From assembly GCA_963764725.1 (NCBI GenBank), contig CAVXTM010000016.1, positions 224,001 to 288,000 of the forward strand: a stretch of 64,000 nucleotides of DNA, in the 5' to 3' direction. The notes under the pieces were generated by a model. That model worked only from the letters and a program-made list of their open reading frames with translations. It was not told the origin of the DNA and searched no databases. Origin of the DNA: an uncultured Gammaproteobacteria bacterium (lineage in GTDB: Bacteria; Pseudomonadota; Gammaproteobacteria; JACCXJ01). A program made the translations under genes and the position numbers. Positions 39,800 to 51,273 of the stretch are shown here, in pieces (the stretch's first letter is position 1; every line of letters begins with the position of its first letter).

Positions 39800-40879
39800 T
39801 TATTCTTTTTCCGCGCCCGTCTGAATCTTTTGCAAGCGCGTTTCCATGAGGACGGGATCGGCTTTCAAACGGCTCTTTTGGGTGTCCAATAGGGCTTTTC
39901 GTAGCATGCTCAATTCTCGTTTGACCATGCTCCCAAGGGATTCCAGCGACGTTTCCAGCACAGCAATCCGGCCCTCTTCATTCGCGCTGCCTAGGTCCGA
40001 TCGCAAAGGTAACATCCTAGCATCCTCCTTACCTTCAGGCGCGGATTGATCATCCGCGGTCATGAGAAGATCTTCTTCGCTGAGATCATCGGTCACCGCT
40101 TTTAACACGTCGACATCAATGAGATGCTTTTCTTCCAGGCAACCGAACAAGAGGATCCGGTCGCAGAGCATATTGATCTTGCGTGGCACGCCTTGAGTGA
40201 TCCGGTGTATCAGCGGAAACGCCTCTTGCGCGAAAACCGGGTCCTGATTCCACCCGACCAAACGCAGTCTGTGCTCGATGTAAGCCTGGGCCTCTTCGGC
40301 ATCCAAGGGTTTCAAATGATACGCGGCGATCACCCGTTGCCGGAGTTGCACGAAACTGGGAGATCGTAGCAATACCCTAAATTCCTTTTGACCGAGCAGA
40401 AAGCTCTGCACCAACGGCCGGCCGTTATGTTGGAAGTTCGACAGCATGCGCAGCTCTTCAACGGAGCGCGACGGCAGATTCTGTGCCTCATCGACCAGGA
40501 GCAATACCCGTTTCTTCTGCTGCGCGCATTCCCGGAAGAACTCCTCCAAGCTTTTCAATAGCACCGCCTTGGACTCGGACTTGTAAGCCAGTCCGAATTC
40601 TGCGGCGGCGACGCGTAACAGATCCTCGGCTTCGACCTGTGTGGAAACGATTCTCGCGACGACGATGTTGTAGCCCTCGAGCATCGCTTCCAACGCCCCC
40701 ACCAATGTGGTCTTACCGGTACCGACATCGCCGGTAATGACGATGAAGCCATCGCCTTGTTTAACTCCGTATAAGAGGTAGGAGAGCGCACGTTTATGAC
40801 TGTGGCTGCTAAAAAACATCTTAGGACTGGGACTTAACCTAAACGGTTTGTCCTTAAGCTTGTAAAATGATTCGTACAT
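39800..40879 (-). CDS. ExeA-like AAA ATPase (XrtA/PEP-CTERM-associated type)
   Basis: MYESFYKL..KPFRLSP, TGDVGTGKTT, LLVDEAQNL, QLRQRVIAAYHL and GVPRKIN. Confidence 0.85.
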   Translation of the reverse strand: MYESFYKLKDKPFRLSPSPKMFFSSHSHKRALSYLLYGVKQGDGFIVITGDVGTGKTTLVGALEAMLEGYNIVVARIVSTQVEAEDLLRVAAAEFGLAYKSESKAVLLKSLEEFFRECAQQKKRVLLLVDEAQNLPSRSVEELRMLSNFQHNGRPLVQSFLLGQKEFRVLLRSPSFVQLRQRVIAAYHLKPLDAEEAQAYIEHRLRLVGWNQDPVFAQEAFPLIHRITQGVPRKINMLCDRILLFGCLEEKHLIDVDVLKAVTDDLSEEDLLMTADDQSAPEGKEDARMLPLRSDLGSANEEGRIAVLETSLESLGSMVKRELSMLRKALLDTQKSRLKADPVLMETRLQKIQTGAEKE

Positions 40880-40894
40880 TGAGTTTCGATCCTT

Positions 40895-41635
40895 CTAAGC
40901 CATAGGAACCACATGTTCCAGCAGGCGCTGCACTTGCATTATCCCGACTTTGAGGTTTGCCTCAATGACTTTCATCGACAGCGGCTCCCGGCCTCGCCCC
41001 GCGGCCCGGTTAGCGACGACCGCACAGGTTGCATAGCAAAGCTCAAGCTCACGCGCCAACGCGGCTTCGGGCATCCCGGTCATGCCGACCATGTCACAGC
41101 CGTCGCGCTCTAAGCGGTCGATCTCGGCGGCGGTCTCTAGCCGCGGCCCTTGCGTGGCTCCATAGGTCCCGCTGGCCAGTGCCCCTATCCCCGCCTCCCC
41201 CGCGGCGCGGATCAATGCTTGGCGCAACGTCTCACAGTAGGGCCGCGTAAAATCGATATGTGTTACATGGTCAATGCCGTCTTCAAAAAAGGTGTTTGCG
41301 CGCGACCAGGTGTAATCGATAATTTGGTCGGGAAACGCGAGTCGGCTTGGGGCCAATTCGGAAGTTATACCACCGACCGCCGCGATGCTGATGAGCTTTT
41401 CTATACCGATGTCTTTCAAAGCCCAAAGATTGGCACGGTAGTTGACGCGGTGCGGCGGGATTGCGTGAGAAACGCCGTGCCGCATCATAAACACGATCTC
41501 CTTACCGCACAACAGCCCGTGAACGAGCGGGCTCGAGGGCTCGCCGTACGGGGTTTGCTTTACCTCCCGGCGCTGGATTTCCAACCCCTTCAGACTACGC
41601 AGGCCGGTGCCGCCGATGACTGCCAGGCGACTCAT
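40895..41635 (-). CDS. S-methyl-5'-thioinosine/thioadenosine phosphorylase
   Basis: IGGTG, TPYGEPS, RHG..H.IPPH.VNYRAN, GPRLETAAE and GMTGMPEA. Confidence 0.92.
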   Translation of the reverse strand: MSRLAVIGGTGLRSLKGLEIQRREVKQTPYGEPSSPLVHGLLCGKEIVFMMRHGVSHAIPPHRVNYRANLWALKDIGIEKLISIAAVGGITSELAPSRLAFPDQIIDYTWSRANTFFEDGIDHVTHIDFTRPYCETLRQALIRAAGEAGIGALASGTYGATQGPRLETAAEIDRLERDGCDMVGMTGMPEAALARELELCYATCAVVANRAAGRGREPLSMKVIEANLKVGIMQVQRLLEHVVPMA

Positions 41636-42183
41636 GCGCTAACCGCGAAGATGCCGGGCGCGTTGCGCAGGTAGTTTTTATAGTCCATGCCGTAGCCGAA
41701 GAGATAACGCCCATCCGTCTCCAATCCGACAAAGTTCGGGCTTGGGATGCCGGTGCAGCGCTGCAAACGCTTGTTGATTAGAACCGCGGTTAAGGCTTCC
41801 GCCGCGCCGCCCCGTTTACACGCTTCAAGGATCGCGGACAACGTACGTCCTTCATCCAAGACATCATCGACGACGACCACGACGCGGCCGCTGAGCAAGC
41901 AATGAGGACGCCGCAGCCACTCGATTTCACCGCCGGAGGTTTGCCCCCGGTAGCGTGATACGTGCAGGTAATCCAGCTCCAAGGGAAAGCGCAATCGAGG
42001 TAACAACAGGCCCGTCGGCACGACGCCTCCGGTCATCACACATAGCAGCAACGGATCTTTTTCCGCAAGCGCCGCGTTCATTTCCGCGGCCATTCGATCG
42101 ACGGCGACGTCCACATCCTCGGGAGAGAAAAGCCGCTCGGCGTGCGCGAAGACTTTGCGTATTTCGTCCCGACTCGTGCTCAT
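41632..42183 (-). CDS. hpt: Hypoxanthine-guanine phosphoribosyltransferase
   Basis: SRYRG, PRPP loop VVDDVLDEGRTL and FGYGMDY. Confidence 0.9.
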   Translation of the reverse strand: MSTSRDEIRKVFAHAERLFSPEDVDVAVDRMAAEMNAALAEKDPLLLCVMTGGVVPTGLLLPRLRFPLELDYLHVSRYRGQTSGGEIEWLRRPHCLLSGRVVVVVDDVLDEGRTLSAILEACKRGGAAEALTAVLINKRLQRCTGIPSPNFVGLETDGRYLFGYGMDYKNYLRNAPGIFAVSA

Positions 42184-43097
42184 ACCTTGATGCCCGGCAT
42201 CGCTTTACTCCTTCGTTCAAGACCATACCGTCCGGCCCAATCGCGGGCGAATTGATAACCGGCGCGCCCGCTCCTCGAACCGCGCAGCAGAGCCCACCGC
42301 AAGGCCTCCTGCCGAACCAGCTCGTGGTCCGTGACCTCGGCTCCGTAGCGCGCCAGCCAATAGAACACAATTTTAAGGTATTCCTCTTGCTGAAAAGGAT
42401 GGAACGCCAACCATAATCCGAATCGTTCCGAGAGCGCTATTTTTTGCTCTACTCCTTCCGTCTGATGAATCTCGCCCGCGACGTTATGGGCACTTAGATT
42501 CTCATCCAAGTATTCCGGCATTAAGTGCCGGCGATTGGAGGTGGCATAGATTAACGCATTGTCTGGAACACTACTCATCGATCCATCAATAGCTATCTTA
42601 AGGGTTTTATAGACAGAGTCGTTGGCTTCGAAGGAGAGGTCGTCGCAATATAAGATAAACCTCTCCGGACGATTGAAAATCCGATCATAGATCCGCGGTA
42701 AATCGTCGAGGTCGTGGTTGCCGATCTCGATTAATCGCAGTCCCTTGGACTCGAAAGCATTGAACACCGCTTTAATCAACGACGACTTGCCCGTGCCGCG
42801 CGGGCCCCAAAGCAAGGTGTGATTCGCCGGGAGGTGATCGATAAATTGCCGTGTGTTGCGTTCGATCTCGGTCTTCTGCCGATCGATGCATTGCAGGTCA
42901 TCAAGCCGCACCGAGGAGGCATACCGAACGGCGCTCACAATCCCCCTCGCGCCGAGCTTCCGCCAATGAAACGCCGTGGCGTGATCCCACGCTGTCTCCT
43001 CGGGATCGGCCGGGATGAGCTTTTCGAGCCGCGCGAGGATCCGTTCGGCGCGCCCAAGGACGTTCTCGAAGTCTGGCTGTGGCGAGGATGAGTGCAT
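42180..43097 (-). CDS. DUF815 family AAA+ ATPase
   Basis: LLWGPRGTGKSS, YCDDLSFE, YATSNRRHL, LSERFGL and RSGR; start at 43097 is inferred. Confidence 0.88.
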   Translation of the reverse strand: MHSSSPQPDFENVLGRAERILARLEKLIPADPEETAWDHATAFHWRKLGARGIVSAVRYASSVRLDDLQCIDRQKTEIERNTRQFIDHLPANHTLLWGPRGTGKSSLIKAVFNAFESKGLRLIEIGNHDLDDLPRIYDRIFNRPERFILYCDDLSFEANDSVYKTLKIAIDGSMSSVPDNALIYATSNRRHLMPEYLDENLSAHNVAGEIHQTEGVEQKIALSERFGLWLAFHPFQQEEYLKIVFYWLARYGAEVTDHELVRQEALRWALLRGSRSGRAGYQFARDWAGRYGLERRSKAMPGIKV

Positions 43098-43170
43098 CGA
43101 ATGAATGACCCGCTCCGCACGCGGTGTTTGGATGTATCGGCAGGTTGCTTTTGTTAATGCGGGACGTATC

Positions 43171-45234
43171 CTAACAGACCGCCCGGAGCGCGGAAACCAC
43201 ATCCAGGCGGGCGCGGTTCGATGCAAACGATACGTTGTCGATGAATCTTTCCATCGCGCCGGTGGCGGCATTCTCACCCGGACTCGAAACCAGGCAAACC
43301 TTGATTTCGGGCCAGCTCGCATCACCGGACGCTGAACACGCACGCAGGTATTCACGCAGACTATCGAACAGCGCTTTGCCTTGGCGCTGCTCGTCTACAT
43401 AATGATGACAGTACAACTCACCCCAACTCGTAGCGAATACGAGATCGACGGATTCCGGGCCGTGGATTTTGAGGCGCTCTAAATCGTCCGGTCTTTCATG
43501 TGGCAACGCCCGCCCCGGTTCAAGAAAAAAAACAGCACGCGTCACGCGCGGGTTTTCGCGCGCGTCGCCTTCCTCATCGCCATGACAATCAGTGATCGAA
43601 AAATACTTGCCGAGGATTTGTCGAATGGCTTCTACGCGCTGTAACGCGGATTGCGGGTCCGGCGCGACCACGGAGATCTCGGTCTCCGCATCCATGATGC
43701 CGTTGAAGTGGCTCCAGGCGAGTATCTCCACTAACCCCGAAGTGGTTTTGATGGATGTAGCGTCACCGCTCCCGGCCGGCGCACCTCGGAGCAGCGCCCA
43801 TTCGCGCGTATTCTCCCCCGCACGCGCATGCAAGCAGATGTGCCGTTCGCGCAGGTCAGCGCCGGTACCGCGATTGAAGATATCGAGCTTGTTGGCCGTC
43901 CGATCATAGGCCCCATGAAAGCGTTTGCTCAACACCGCTAGGTCGCGCCGCGCGATACCAGCGCCTCCGGCATAAGGCCGCGCGAATTCCGCTAAGACGG
44001 TAAAGCTCGTTGCAAGCGCCTTGAACAACTCGCGCCGTTCGCCGTATATCGTGTCGAGGGAAACGTTATCCCGGTCGCAAAGCCGGCTTACCTGGTCTCC
44101 GTCCCACCCCCATGCGCTGAAGAGGGTCTCGAGACAGCGGCGGCGCCAGCCGCCGACATTCCGTGGGCTCCATGCATCCGCTACTTTCAAGCACATACAA
44201 CGGCGCGCAACCTCCAACCGCTGCCAGTCCTGCCGCTCCATCAAATACCCCTCCACGCGCCGGTACATAAAAAGATAGGGATCTAAGGTGTCCAGATCGA
44301 TCGTCCCGGCGCAAACGGCCCGTTTGTATCGCAGGCTCAGCAAATCATAGGACGGAAAACTGCTCACGTAAGCCTCAAGCAGCAATAGCTTGAGGATGGA
44401 CTTGTAAGGCGAGGTTAGGCTCTTGTACAACTGCCATAGCGTCGCGCCCGAAAATTCCGCGGCGGGAATTTGCGCAACGCTTCCGAAATCCACGTATTGG
44501 CCGCGGCGTTCCGGCGATTGCAGGTATATTCTTTCGATGCAGCGCGCATAATCGCCTTGCTCATCGAGCGGCGTCAACCACCAAACGGGCGATAATCCGG
44601 CCGCGATGACGGCCGAACGGTAAAATTCATCCAGTAGCAAATAGCGTTGCGTGCTGCCGCTGCTGTCAGTGGAAAGCTGCGGACGCTCACCGCCGCGGAA
44701 CCGATCGGGGGAAAAAACGAAGAAGTGAGCGTCGAGACCGAGTTGTTTGGCCCATCGCGAGACGGACTGGGCTTTCCGGAGCAGTTGTTCCACGCGCGGC
44801 TCATCGAGATCGGGAGCATGGCAGATCCAGATATCAAAATCACTGTGCATGGAATGGGCGATCGTACCCGTGCTCCCCAATAGGTAGATTCCGACAATGT
44901 CGAGGGATCCCATGAACACCGGGCGGATGTGATCCGCGCCGGTCATTTGCTCCGCGATGTCGAGCGCAATCCAGGTGGGAGTATATTCACGGATACCCGC
45001 GGGCGTCTGCTTGCTCACAAACCCGGGCAATGCCGGATCATTGAGGTGAAACAACACCGGGAGGGTGTCCACGAAGCGGCTCTGCTCGGGCGACAACAGC
45101 TCTCGAATACGCAGTAAGCGGGCGCGGTTAATCGCAAGGAAGCGCCCCTCGACCGATAAATCCACGGCGGCCGGGGGAGGATGGGACCTGCTGGGCATGG
45201 CAATACATAGCGGCGCGGTCCTCGAAACTTTCAT
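43171..45234 (-). CDS. cyaA: Class I adenylate cyclase
   Basis: LFHLN.P.LPG, GSTGTIAHSMHSDFDIW, SSGSTQRYLLLDEFYR, LWQLYK...PYKSILK and LDPY. Confidence 0.88.
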   Translation of the reverse strand: MKVSRTAPLCIAMPSRSHPPPAAVDLSVEGRFLAINRARLLRIRELLSPEQSRFVDTLPVLFHLNDPALPGFVSKQTPAGIREYTPTWIALDIAEQMTGADHIRPVFMGSLDIVGIYLLGSTGTIAHSMHSDFDIWICHAPDLDEPRVEQLLRKAQSVSRWAKQLGLDAHFFVFSPDRFRGGERPQLSTDSSGSTQRYLLLDEFYRSAVIAAGLSPVWWLTPLDEQGDYARCIERIYLQSPERRGQYVDFGSVAQIPAAEFSGATLWQLYKSLTSPYKSILKLLLLEAYVSSFPSYDLLSLRYKRAVCAGTIDLDTLDPYLFMYRRVEGYLMERQDWQRLEVARRCMCLKVADAWSPRNVGGWRRRCLETLFSAWGWDGDQVSRLCDRDNVSLDTIYGERRELFKALATSFTVLAEFARPYAGGAGIARRDLAVLSKRFHGAYDRTANKLDIFNRGTGADLRERHICLHARAGENTREWALLRGAPAGSGDATSIKTTSGLVEILAWSHFNGIMDAETEISVVAPDPQSALQRVEAIRQILGKYFSITDCHGDEEGDARENPRVTRAVFFLEPGRALPHERPDDLERLKIHGPESVDLVFATSWGELYCHHYVDEQRQGKALFDSLREYLRACSASGDASWPEIKVCLVSSPGENAATGAMERFIDNVSFASNRARLDVVSALRAVC

Positions 45235-45282
45235 CGCTCGCCCGGCTAAGCATGGCGGCGCACCCGAGCCGGCCGCCGAGGG

Positions 45283-45840
45283 TCACCACCACCCGTTATA
45301 GATCCCGAAGCGGAAGCGATTCCAGTACGGATAATAGGGATAGTACGGGTAATAGAATGGATCGTAATAATAAGGTCGATTACGCCACTGCTCCCCGTAG
45401 TCCGGCCAAAGAAACACCTTTTGTGCGCGAACCATCGGGTAGGTGTACGGGCGTTCGCCGATAGCGCGGTTCACGGGAGGCTCCAACACGCCGTAGACCG
45501 TCACCTGGCGCCCGGCGCGGTAGACCGCCGGATCGAGAAAACGTCCCGCGCTTGCCAGGAATCGCCCAAACGATTGGTCGGTCCCCTGCGGACGGCCCTC
45601 CTCATCCAATTCCTGATTCAGGATCTCGATCCAGGTATCATTGGATTTATTCTCGACGGCGACAATCGCTCCGCCCCATCGAATAGGCTTGCCCACGTAG
45701 AGCTTGGGATCGGCCTGCACCTCGACGGCGCTCAAAAGCGGGAACGCCGGCTGGCGGATCTCGAGCGGAACACTGCTCTGACACGCGCTCAGCAGCACCG
45801 GAACTAGAGAATACAGAGGTATCATTCGCATGGGCAGCAC
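45283..45840 (-). CDS. Slp family outer-membrane lipoprotein
   Basis: Lipobox LSAC, RWGG.I, GRFLA...FLDP..Y..GR.VTV.G, and a Tyr/Pro-rich tail. Confidence 0.88.
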   Translation of the reverse strand: MLPMRMIPLYSLVPVLLSACQSSVPLEIRQPAFPLLSAVEVQADPKLYVGKPIRWGGAIVAVENKSNDTWIEILNQELDEEGRPQGTDQSFGRFLASAGRFLDPAVYRAGRQVTVYGVLEPPVNRAIGERPYTYPMVRAQKVFLWPDYGEQWRNRPYYYDPFYYPYYPYYPYWNRFRFGIYNGWW

Positions 45841-45950
45841 CTATCAAGATCTGGAAGGCTAACCGATTTTTCGACTGGCTTGGTAGTATTTTAGTTCGAT
45901 GCGGCGAAACATGCTTCCGAACAATAATCGAACACCGGGAACGTCCGTTA

Positions 45951-46118
45951 ATGAAAAAATGGCAGTGCATTGTTTGTGGCTTTATCTACGATGAGGCGAA
46001 AGGTTTACCCGAGGGCGGCATCGCGCCCGGCACGCGCTGGAAGGACATACCCGATACCTGGGTTTGCCCGGATTGCGGCGCCGCCAAATCGGACTTCGAG
46101 ATGGTAGAAGCCGCCTGA
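45951..46118 (+). CDS. rubA: Rubredoxin (55 aa; absent from the supplied ORF track)
   Basis: Manual translation: [55 protein letters not shown]. Confidence 0.95.
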   Translation: MKKWQCIVCGFIYDEAKGLPEGGIAPGTRWKDIPDTWVCPDCGAAKSDFEMVEAA

Positions 46119-46127
46119 GAGCCCTCG

Positions 46128-47285
46128 ATGAAACCGCTCGTGATCATCGGAACCGGTCTCGGCGGCTATTCGCTTGCCCGTGAGGTTCGCAAGCTGGATC
46201 CGAATCTAGCGCTTGTCCTCATCAGCGCCGATGACGGCCGCTATTATTCCAAACCCATGTTATCGAACGCCTACACCAGCGGCAAGACCCCCGAGACTAT
46301 CGCCAACGCCGACGCGACGACGATGGCCAAGCAATTGAACGCCGAAGTGCGCCCCTGGACGACTGTAACGGCAGTCGATCCGGTTGCCCACACTGTCAGC
46401 ACCGGCGCTCAAGCTCTTGAATACCACAAGCTCGTTTTAGCCCTAGGCGCCGATCCGATTCGGCTCGCCGTCTCGGGAACCGCCCAAGACCGAATCATGT
46501 CCGTCAACGATCTCATCGACTACACCAAGTTTCGTACTGCGGTTCAAGGTGCGCGGCGGGTTGCGATCATGGGTGCGGGATTGATCGGGTGTGAGTTCGC
46601 CAATGATATTCGCCAGGGCGGAATCACGGCAGAGGTGATCGATCCCGCACCCTATCCGCTAAGCCGGTTTCTACCCGCAGCCGCGGGCCGCACGCTACAA
46701 AAAGCTCTCACCGATGCCTTGGGCGTTGCTTGGCATTTGGGTCCGATCGTTACCTCGATTGATCACGCCGCGGAAACGCTCGCGGTGACGCTCTCCGATC
46801 ATCGGGTCCTCAGTGTCGATGCGGTCCTGTCATCGGTCGGCTTGCGGCCGCGTACGGGCCTGGCCGAACGCGCCGGAATCGCGGTCAAGCGAGGCATCGT
46901 CGTCGATCGCTGCCTTGCCACCAACGCACCCGACGTTTACGCCCTCGGTGATTGCGCCGAGGTCGAGGGATTGGTCCTGCCCTTCGTTATGCCCATCATG
47001 CATGCCGCGCGCGCATTGGCCAGGACGCTCTGCGGTGAACCCACACGGCTCACCTATCCGGCAATGCCAATTGTCGTTAAAACCACGGCCTATCCGGTGG
47101 TGGTCGCGCCGCCTGCCGCGGAAGTAGACGGCGTCTGGCAGGTTGAGGATCTGGCAAGCGGCTTGCGCGCCCTATTTCATGGAGCGGATGGATCCTTGGC
47201 CGGCTTTGCCCTCACCGGCACCGCCGTCTCCGAGAAAAATAGCTTGGCCAAGGAACTGCCCCCTGTGCTTGGCGAAATCCCCTGA
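46128..47285 (+). CDS. rubB: Rubredoxin-NAD(+) reductase
   Basis: IGTGLGG, YSKPMLS, GAGLIGCEFAND, ALGDCA and VVKT; follows the rubredoxin. Confidence 0.9.
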   Translation: MKPLVIIGTGLGGYSLAREVRKLDPNLALVLISADDGRYYSKPMLSNAYTSGKTPETIANADATTMAKQLNAEVRPWTTVTAVDPVAHTVSTGAQALEYHKLVLALGADPIRLAVSGTAQDRIMSVNDLIDYTKFRTAVQGARRVAIMGAGLIGCEFANDIRQGGITAEVIDPAPYPLSRFLPAAAGRTLQKALTDALGVAWHLGPIVTSIDHAAETLAVTLSDHRVLSVDAVLSSVGLRPRTGLAERAGIAVKRGIVVDRCLATNAPDVYALGDCAEVEGLVLPFVMPIMHAARALARTLCGEPTRLTYPAMPIVVKTTAYPVVVAPPAAEVDGVWQVEDLASGLRALFHGADGSLAGFALTGTAVSEKNSLAKELPPVLGEIP

Positions 47286-47335
47286 GATGATGTGACTAAA
47301 TCGTCGCGAGCAGCCCCGAGCGTTAGGAGCCGCGG
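47283..47335. repeat. Short dispersed repeat, copy 2, at the left boundary of the defence island
   Basis: Shares taaatcgtcgcgagcagc and aggagccgcgg with 29371-29402. Confidence 0.7.
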
Positions 47336-47387
47336 TGCGAGCAACGAGACATATCATAGTTAGCCCTCCTGAGAAACGCGGAGTCAC

Positions 47388-49380
47388 ATGGAACAGGGGC
47401 AACTCAACTGGATCGCCAACTTCATCTGGGGCATCGCCGACGACGTGCTCCGCGACCTCTACGTCCGCGGCAAGTACCGCGACGTCATCCTGCCGATGAC
47501 CGTGCTGCGCCGGCTCGACGCCGTGCTCGAACCGACCAAGCAGGCGGTGCTCGACATGAAGGCGTCGCTCGACAAGGCGGGCATCGCCAACCAGGACCAG
47601 GCCGCTGCGCCAGGCGGCCGGGCAGGCCTTCTACAACACCTCGAAGTTCACGCTGCGCGATCTGCGGCCCGCGCCAGCCAGCAGCAGCTCAAGGCCGACT
47701 TCGAGGCCTACCTGGACGGCTTCTCGCCCAACGTGCAGGAGATCCTCGACAACTTCGAGTTCCGCAACCAGATCCCGCGCCTCTCGAAGGCCGACGCGCT
47801 CGGCACGCTGATCGAGAAGTGCTCTCGACCGGACATCAACCTGAGCCCCAAGCCGGTGCTGAACGGCGACGGCTCGGTGAAGCACCCCGGCCTCGACAAC
47901 CACGCGCATGGGAACGATCTTCGAGGAGCTCGTCCGCCGCTTCAACGAGGAGAACAACGAGGAGGCCGGCGAGCACTGGACGCCGCGCGACGCCGTGAAG
48001 CTCATGGCGAAGCTGATCTTCCTGCCGATCGCCGACCAGATCGAGTCCGGCACCTATCTGCTCTACGACGGCGCCTGCGGCACCGGCGGCATGCTGACCG
48101 TCGCCGAGGAGACGCTGCAGCAGCTCGCCGAGGAGCACGGCAAGCAGGTCGCCACGCACCTCTACGGCCAGGAGATCAACGCCGAGACCTACGCCATCTG
48201 CAAGGCCGACCTGCTGCTCAAGGGCGAGGGCGAGGCGGCGGACAACATCGTCGGCGGGCCGGAGCACTCGACGCTCTCGAACGACGCCTTCCCCTCGCGC
48301 GAGTTCGACTTCATGCTCTCGAATCCGCCCTACGGCAAGAGCTGGAAGAGTGACCTGGAGCGGATGGGCGGCAAGGAGGGCATCAAGGACCCGCGCTTCG
48401 TCATCGAGCACGCCGGCGACCCCGAGTACTCGCTCATCACCCGCTCCAGCGACGGCCAGATGCTGTTCCTGGCCAACATGCTCTCGAAGATGAAGCACGG
48501 CACGAAGCTCGGCAGCCGCATCGCCGAGGTGCACAACGGCTCGCTCGCTCTTCACCGGCGACGCCGGCCAGGGCGAGAGCAACATCCGCCGCTGGATCAT
48601 CGAGAACGACTGGCTCGAGGCCATCGTCGCCCTGCCGCTCAACATGTTCTACAACACCGGCATCGCGACCTACATCTGGGTGCTCACCAACCGCAAGCCC
48701 GACGCACCGCGCGCGGCAAGGTGCAGCTCATCGACGCGACGCAGTGGTTCAAGCCGCTGCGCAAGAACCTCGGCAAGAAGAACTGCGAGCTGTCGGACGA
48801 GGACATCCAGCGCATCTGCGACACGCTTCCTCACGTTCGAGGAGACCGAGCAGTCGAAGATCTTCCCGAACGCCGCCTTCGGCTACTGGAAGGTGACCGT
48901 CGAGCGACCGCTGCGCCTCAAGGGCATCGACCCGGACCGCGCCTACACGCCGAAGGAGATCAAGGCGCTCGAAGGAGACCGGCCGCGCGTCGCCGAGGCA
49001 CGCTCCGCCGGTCATCAGGAAGATCCACAAGACGGGCACGGCGCCCGACCCCTGCGCGGCCTGTTTCGAGGCGACGATCGGCGGCAAGCCCGTGCGTCGT
49101 CGAGTACGAGCCCGACACCGACCTGCGCGACACCGAGCAGGTGCCGCTGCTGGAGGAAGGCGGCATCGAAGCCTTCCTGCGCCGCGAGGTGCTGCCGCAC
49201 GCCGCCGACGCCTGGTATGTCCCGGACAGCGTCAAGACCGGCTACGAGATCAGCTTCACGCGCTACTTCTACAAGCCGCAGCCGCTGCGCACGCTGGAGG
49301 AGATCCGCGCCGACATCCTCGCGCTGGAGAAGGAGACCGAGGGGCTGCTCGGCGAGATCATCGGAAGCGGCGGGCGATGA
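47388..49380 (+). CDS. hsdM: Type I restriction-modification methyltransferase, multiple frameshifts
   Basis: [46 protein letters not shown] and [11 protein letters not shown] spread across several frames. Confidence 0.9.
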
Positions 49381-49829
49381 GCGTGCTTTTCGACCCTGAA
49401 GGCCAGCATCGGCGCTCGCTACGCCTTCAGGGATACGATTACACACAGGCGGGGGCGTACTTCGTGACCATCGTTAGCCAAGATCGTGCCTGCCTGTTGA
49501 CAACCGTTGCCTATACGCACGGGGTCAAAACGCAGCGATGGCCGCCGTTTCGCGGGCGATTGTGGCAGCGCAATTATTTCGAACACATCGTTCGCAACGA
49601 GGATTCCCTGCACCGCATCCGGCAATACATCGCGGACAACCCTGCCCGGTGGACGGACGACCCCGAAAAGCCGCAGCGAATTGTAGGGGCGGTCCCTGGT
49701 GGCCGCCCTGATGCGGAACAGATATTTTGCGGTGCCGGTGCGAACCCGGATTCCGATGATCGCGGACAATCCCATGACGAGGAAGGGCACCCACAAGGGG
49801 TGCCCCTACACGGGGATGAATTACAATGA
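49377..49829 (+). mobile_element. REP-associated tyrosine transposase (RAYT/Y1) remnant with an internal deletion and a REP pair
   Basis: HRRSLRLQGYDY..AGAYFVTI and LWQRNYFEHIVRNE...IRQYIADNP; the central NHxH segment is absent; GTAG-type REPs at 49683-49708 (gtaggggcggtccctggtggccgccc) and 49785-49809 (gggcacccacaaggggtgcccctac). Confidence 0.85.
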
Positions 49830-51273
49830 TCGACGGCCTCAAGCCCTATCCTGCGTACAAGGATTCGGGGGTGCCGTGGTTGGAAAGGGTGCCAGGCGGT
49901 TGGCGGCTGCTACGCGGCAAGAATGTCTTCCGCGTGATGGATGTTCGGTCAGAGAGGGGCGAAGAAGAGCTGCTCACGGTGTCTTCCAAGGACGGAGTGG
50001 TGCCCCGCAGTCAGAAGGCGGTGACGATGTTCAAGGCAGAGTCCTACGTCGGACTACAAGCTCTGTTGGCCCGGCGACCTTGTGATCAATAGTCTCTGGG
50101 CTTGGATGCAAGGCCTCGGGTTTGCCCGCGATCATGGATTGGTGAGTTCTGCGTACAGCGTATACCGACCGCGCCCAGAGTTCCGCGATTATGCAAGCTA
50201 CTTCCACCACATGCTTCGGTCTGCCCCGTACAAGTGGGAGTTGCAGACTCGCTCCAAGGGCGTCTGGTTGTCGCGCTTACAGCTTTCGGATGCGGCATTC
50301 CTTGACATGCCGATTCTTGTTCCTCCGCCTGATGAACAATCCGCCATCGTCCGCTTCCTCGACCACGCGGACCGGCGGATCCGGCGCTACATCCGCGCCA
50401 AGCAGAAGCTGATCAAGCTGCTGGAGGAGCAGAAGCAGGCCATCATCCACCGCGCCGTCACCCGCGGCCTCGACCCCAACGTCCGCCTCAAGCCCTCCGG
50501 CGTGGAGTGGCTCGGGGATGTGCCGGAGCATTGGGAGGTGCTGCCGCTCAAGCGAGCATTCGTCTCGATGGAGTACGTGGATCTCAGAGTCCGCGAGTCG
50601 ACACCGGCACGATCCGTCTCTTGACAATGGCGAACATCCAGAGTGACGGCGAGTAACAATCGCCTAGGATGCGGTCGAGTGTCGCTGACGAGTCGATGCG
50701 TCGCTGCTTCTGGACGCTGGCGATGCTCCTGTTTGATCGGACAGACAGCACCGAACTCGTTGGCAAGGTCGGATCGTTTGCGGGAGCTGACGCGCCTGTG
50801 ACTTCTGCTTCCTGATCATGTTCGGATGCGTCCGTGCGCAGAGCACGAACCGGAATACCTGAGCGCTATCCTCAACGCTGTCTCAGTGCTATCGACAGCC
50901 CGTCGCGATGCGCCAGTACCGAGCCTTCACGCAGTCGAACCTCAATGCCGACGAGATATCGGAAGACTGTCAAGTGTCTGTTACCGCCTCTCGACGAGCA
51001 ACGAGCAATCGTTCGAAGGCTCGAGGTCAGAGACTGCTGATCTCGAAAGGGCGATCGCCGCAGCCGCAGCGCGAAATCTCCCTCCTCCGCGAGTACCGCA
51101 CCCGCCTGATCGCCGACGTGGTCACCGGCAAGCTCGACGTGCGCGAGGCGGCGGCGCGGCTGCCGGACGAGGTCGAAGAGCCCGAGCCGCTCGACGAGGC
51201 CGAGGCTCGACGAGCGACGCGGAAGAAGCAGCCGACGATCGTCGACGCCGCACCCGAGGAGGCCGAGGCGTGA
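49826..51273 (+). CDS. hsdS: Type I R-M specificity subunit, multiple frameshifts (second TRD badly corrupted)
   Basis: LKPYPAYKDSGVPWL, PPPDEQSAIVRFLD, EQKQAIIHRAVTRGLDP.V.LKPSGVEWLG and LLREYRTRLIADVVTGK. Confidence 0.85.

Noticed and set aside
39800-40879. ExeA-like ATPase as evidence of a secretion or transposition system
   Set aside because: It sits among housekeeping genes with no T2SS, exosortase or transposase partner in the window.
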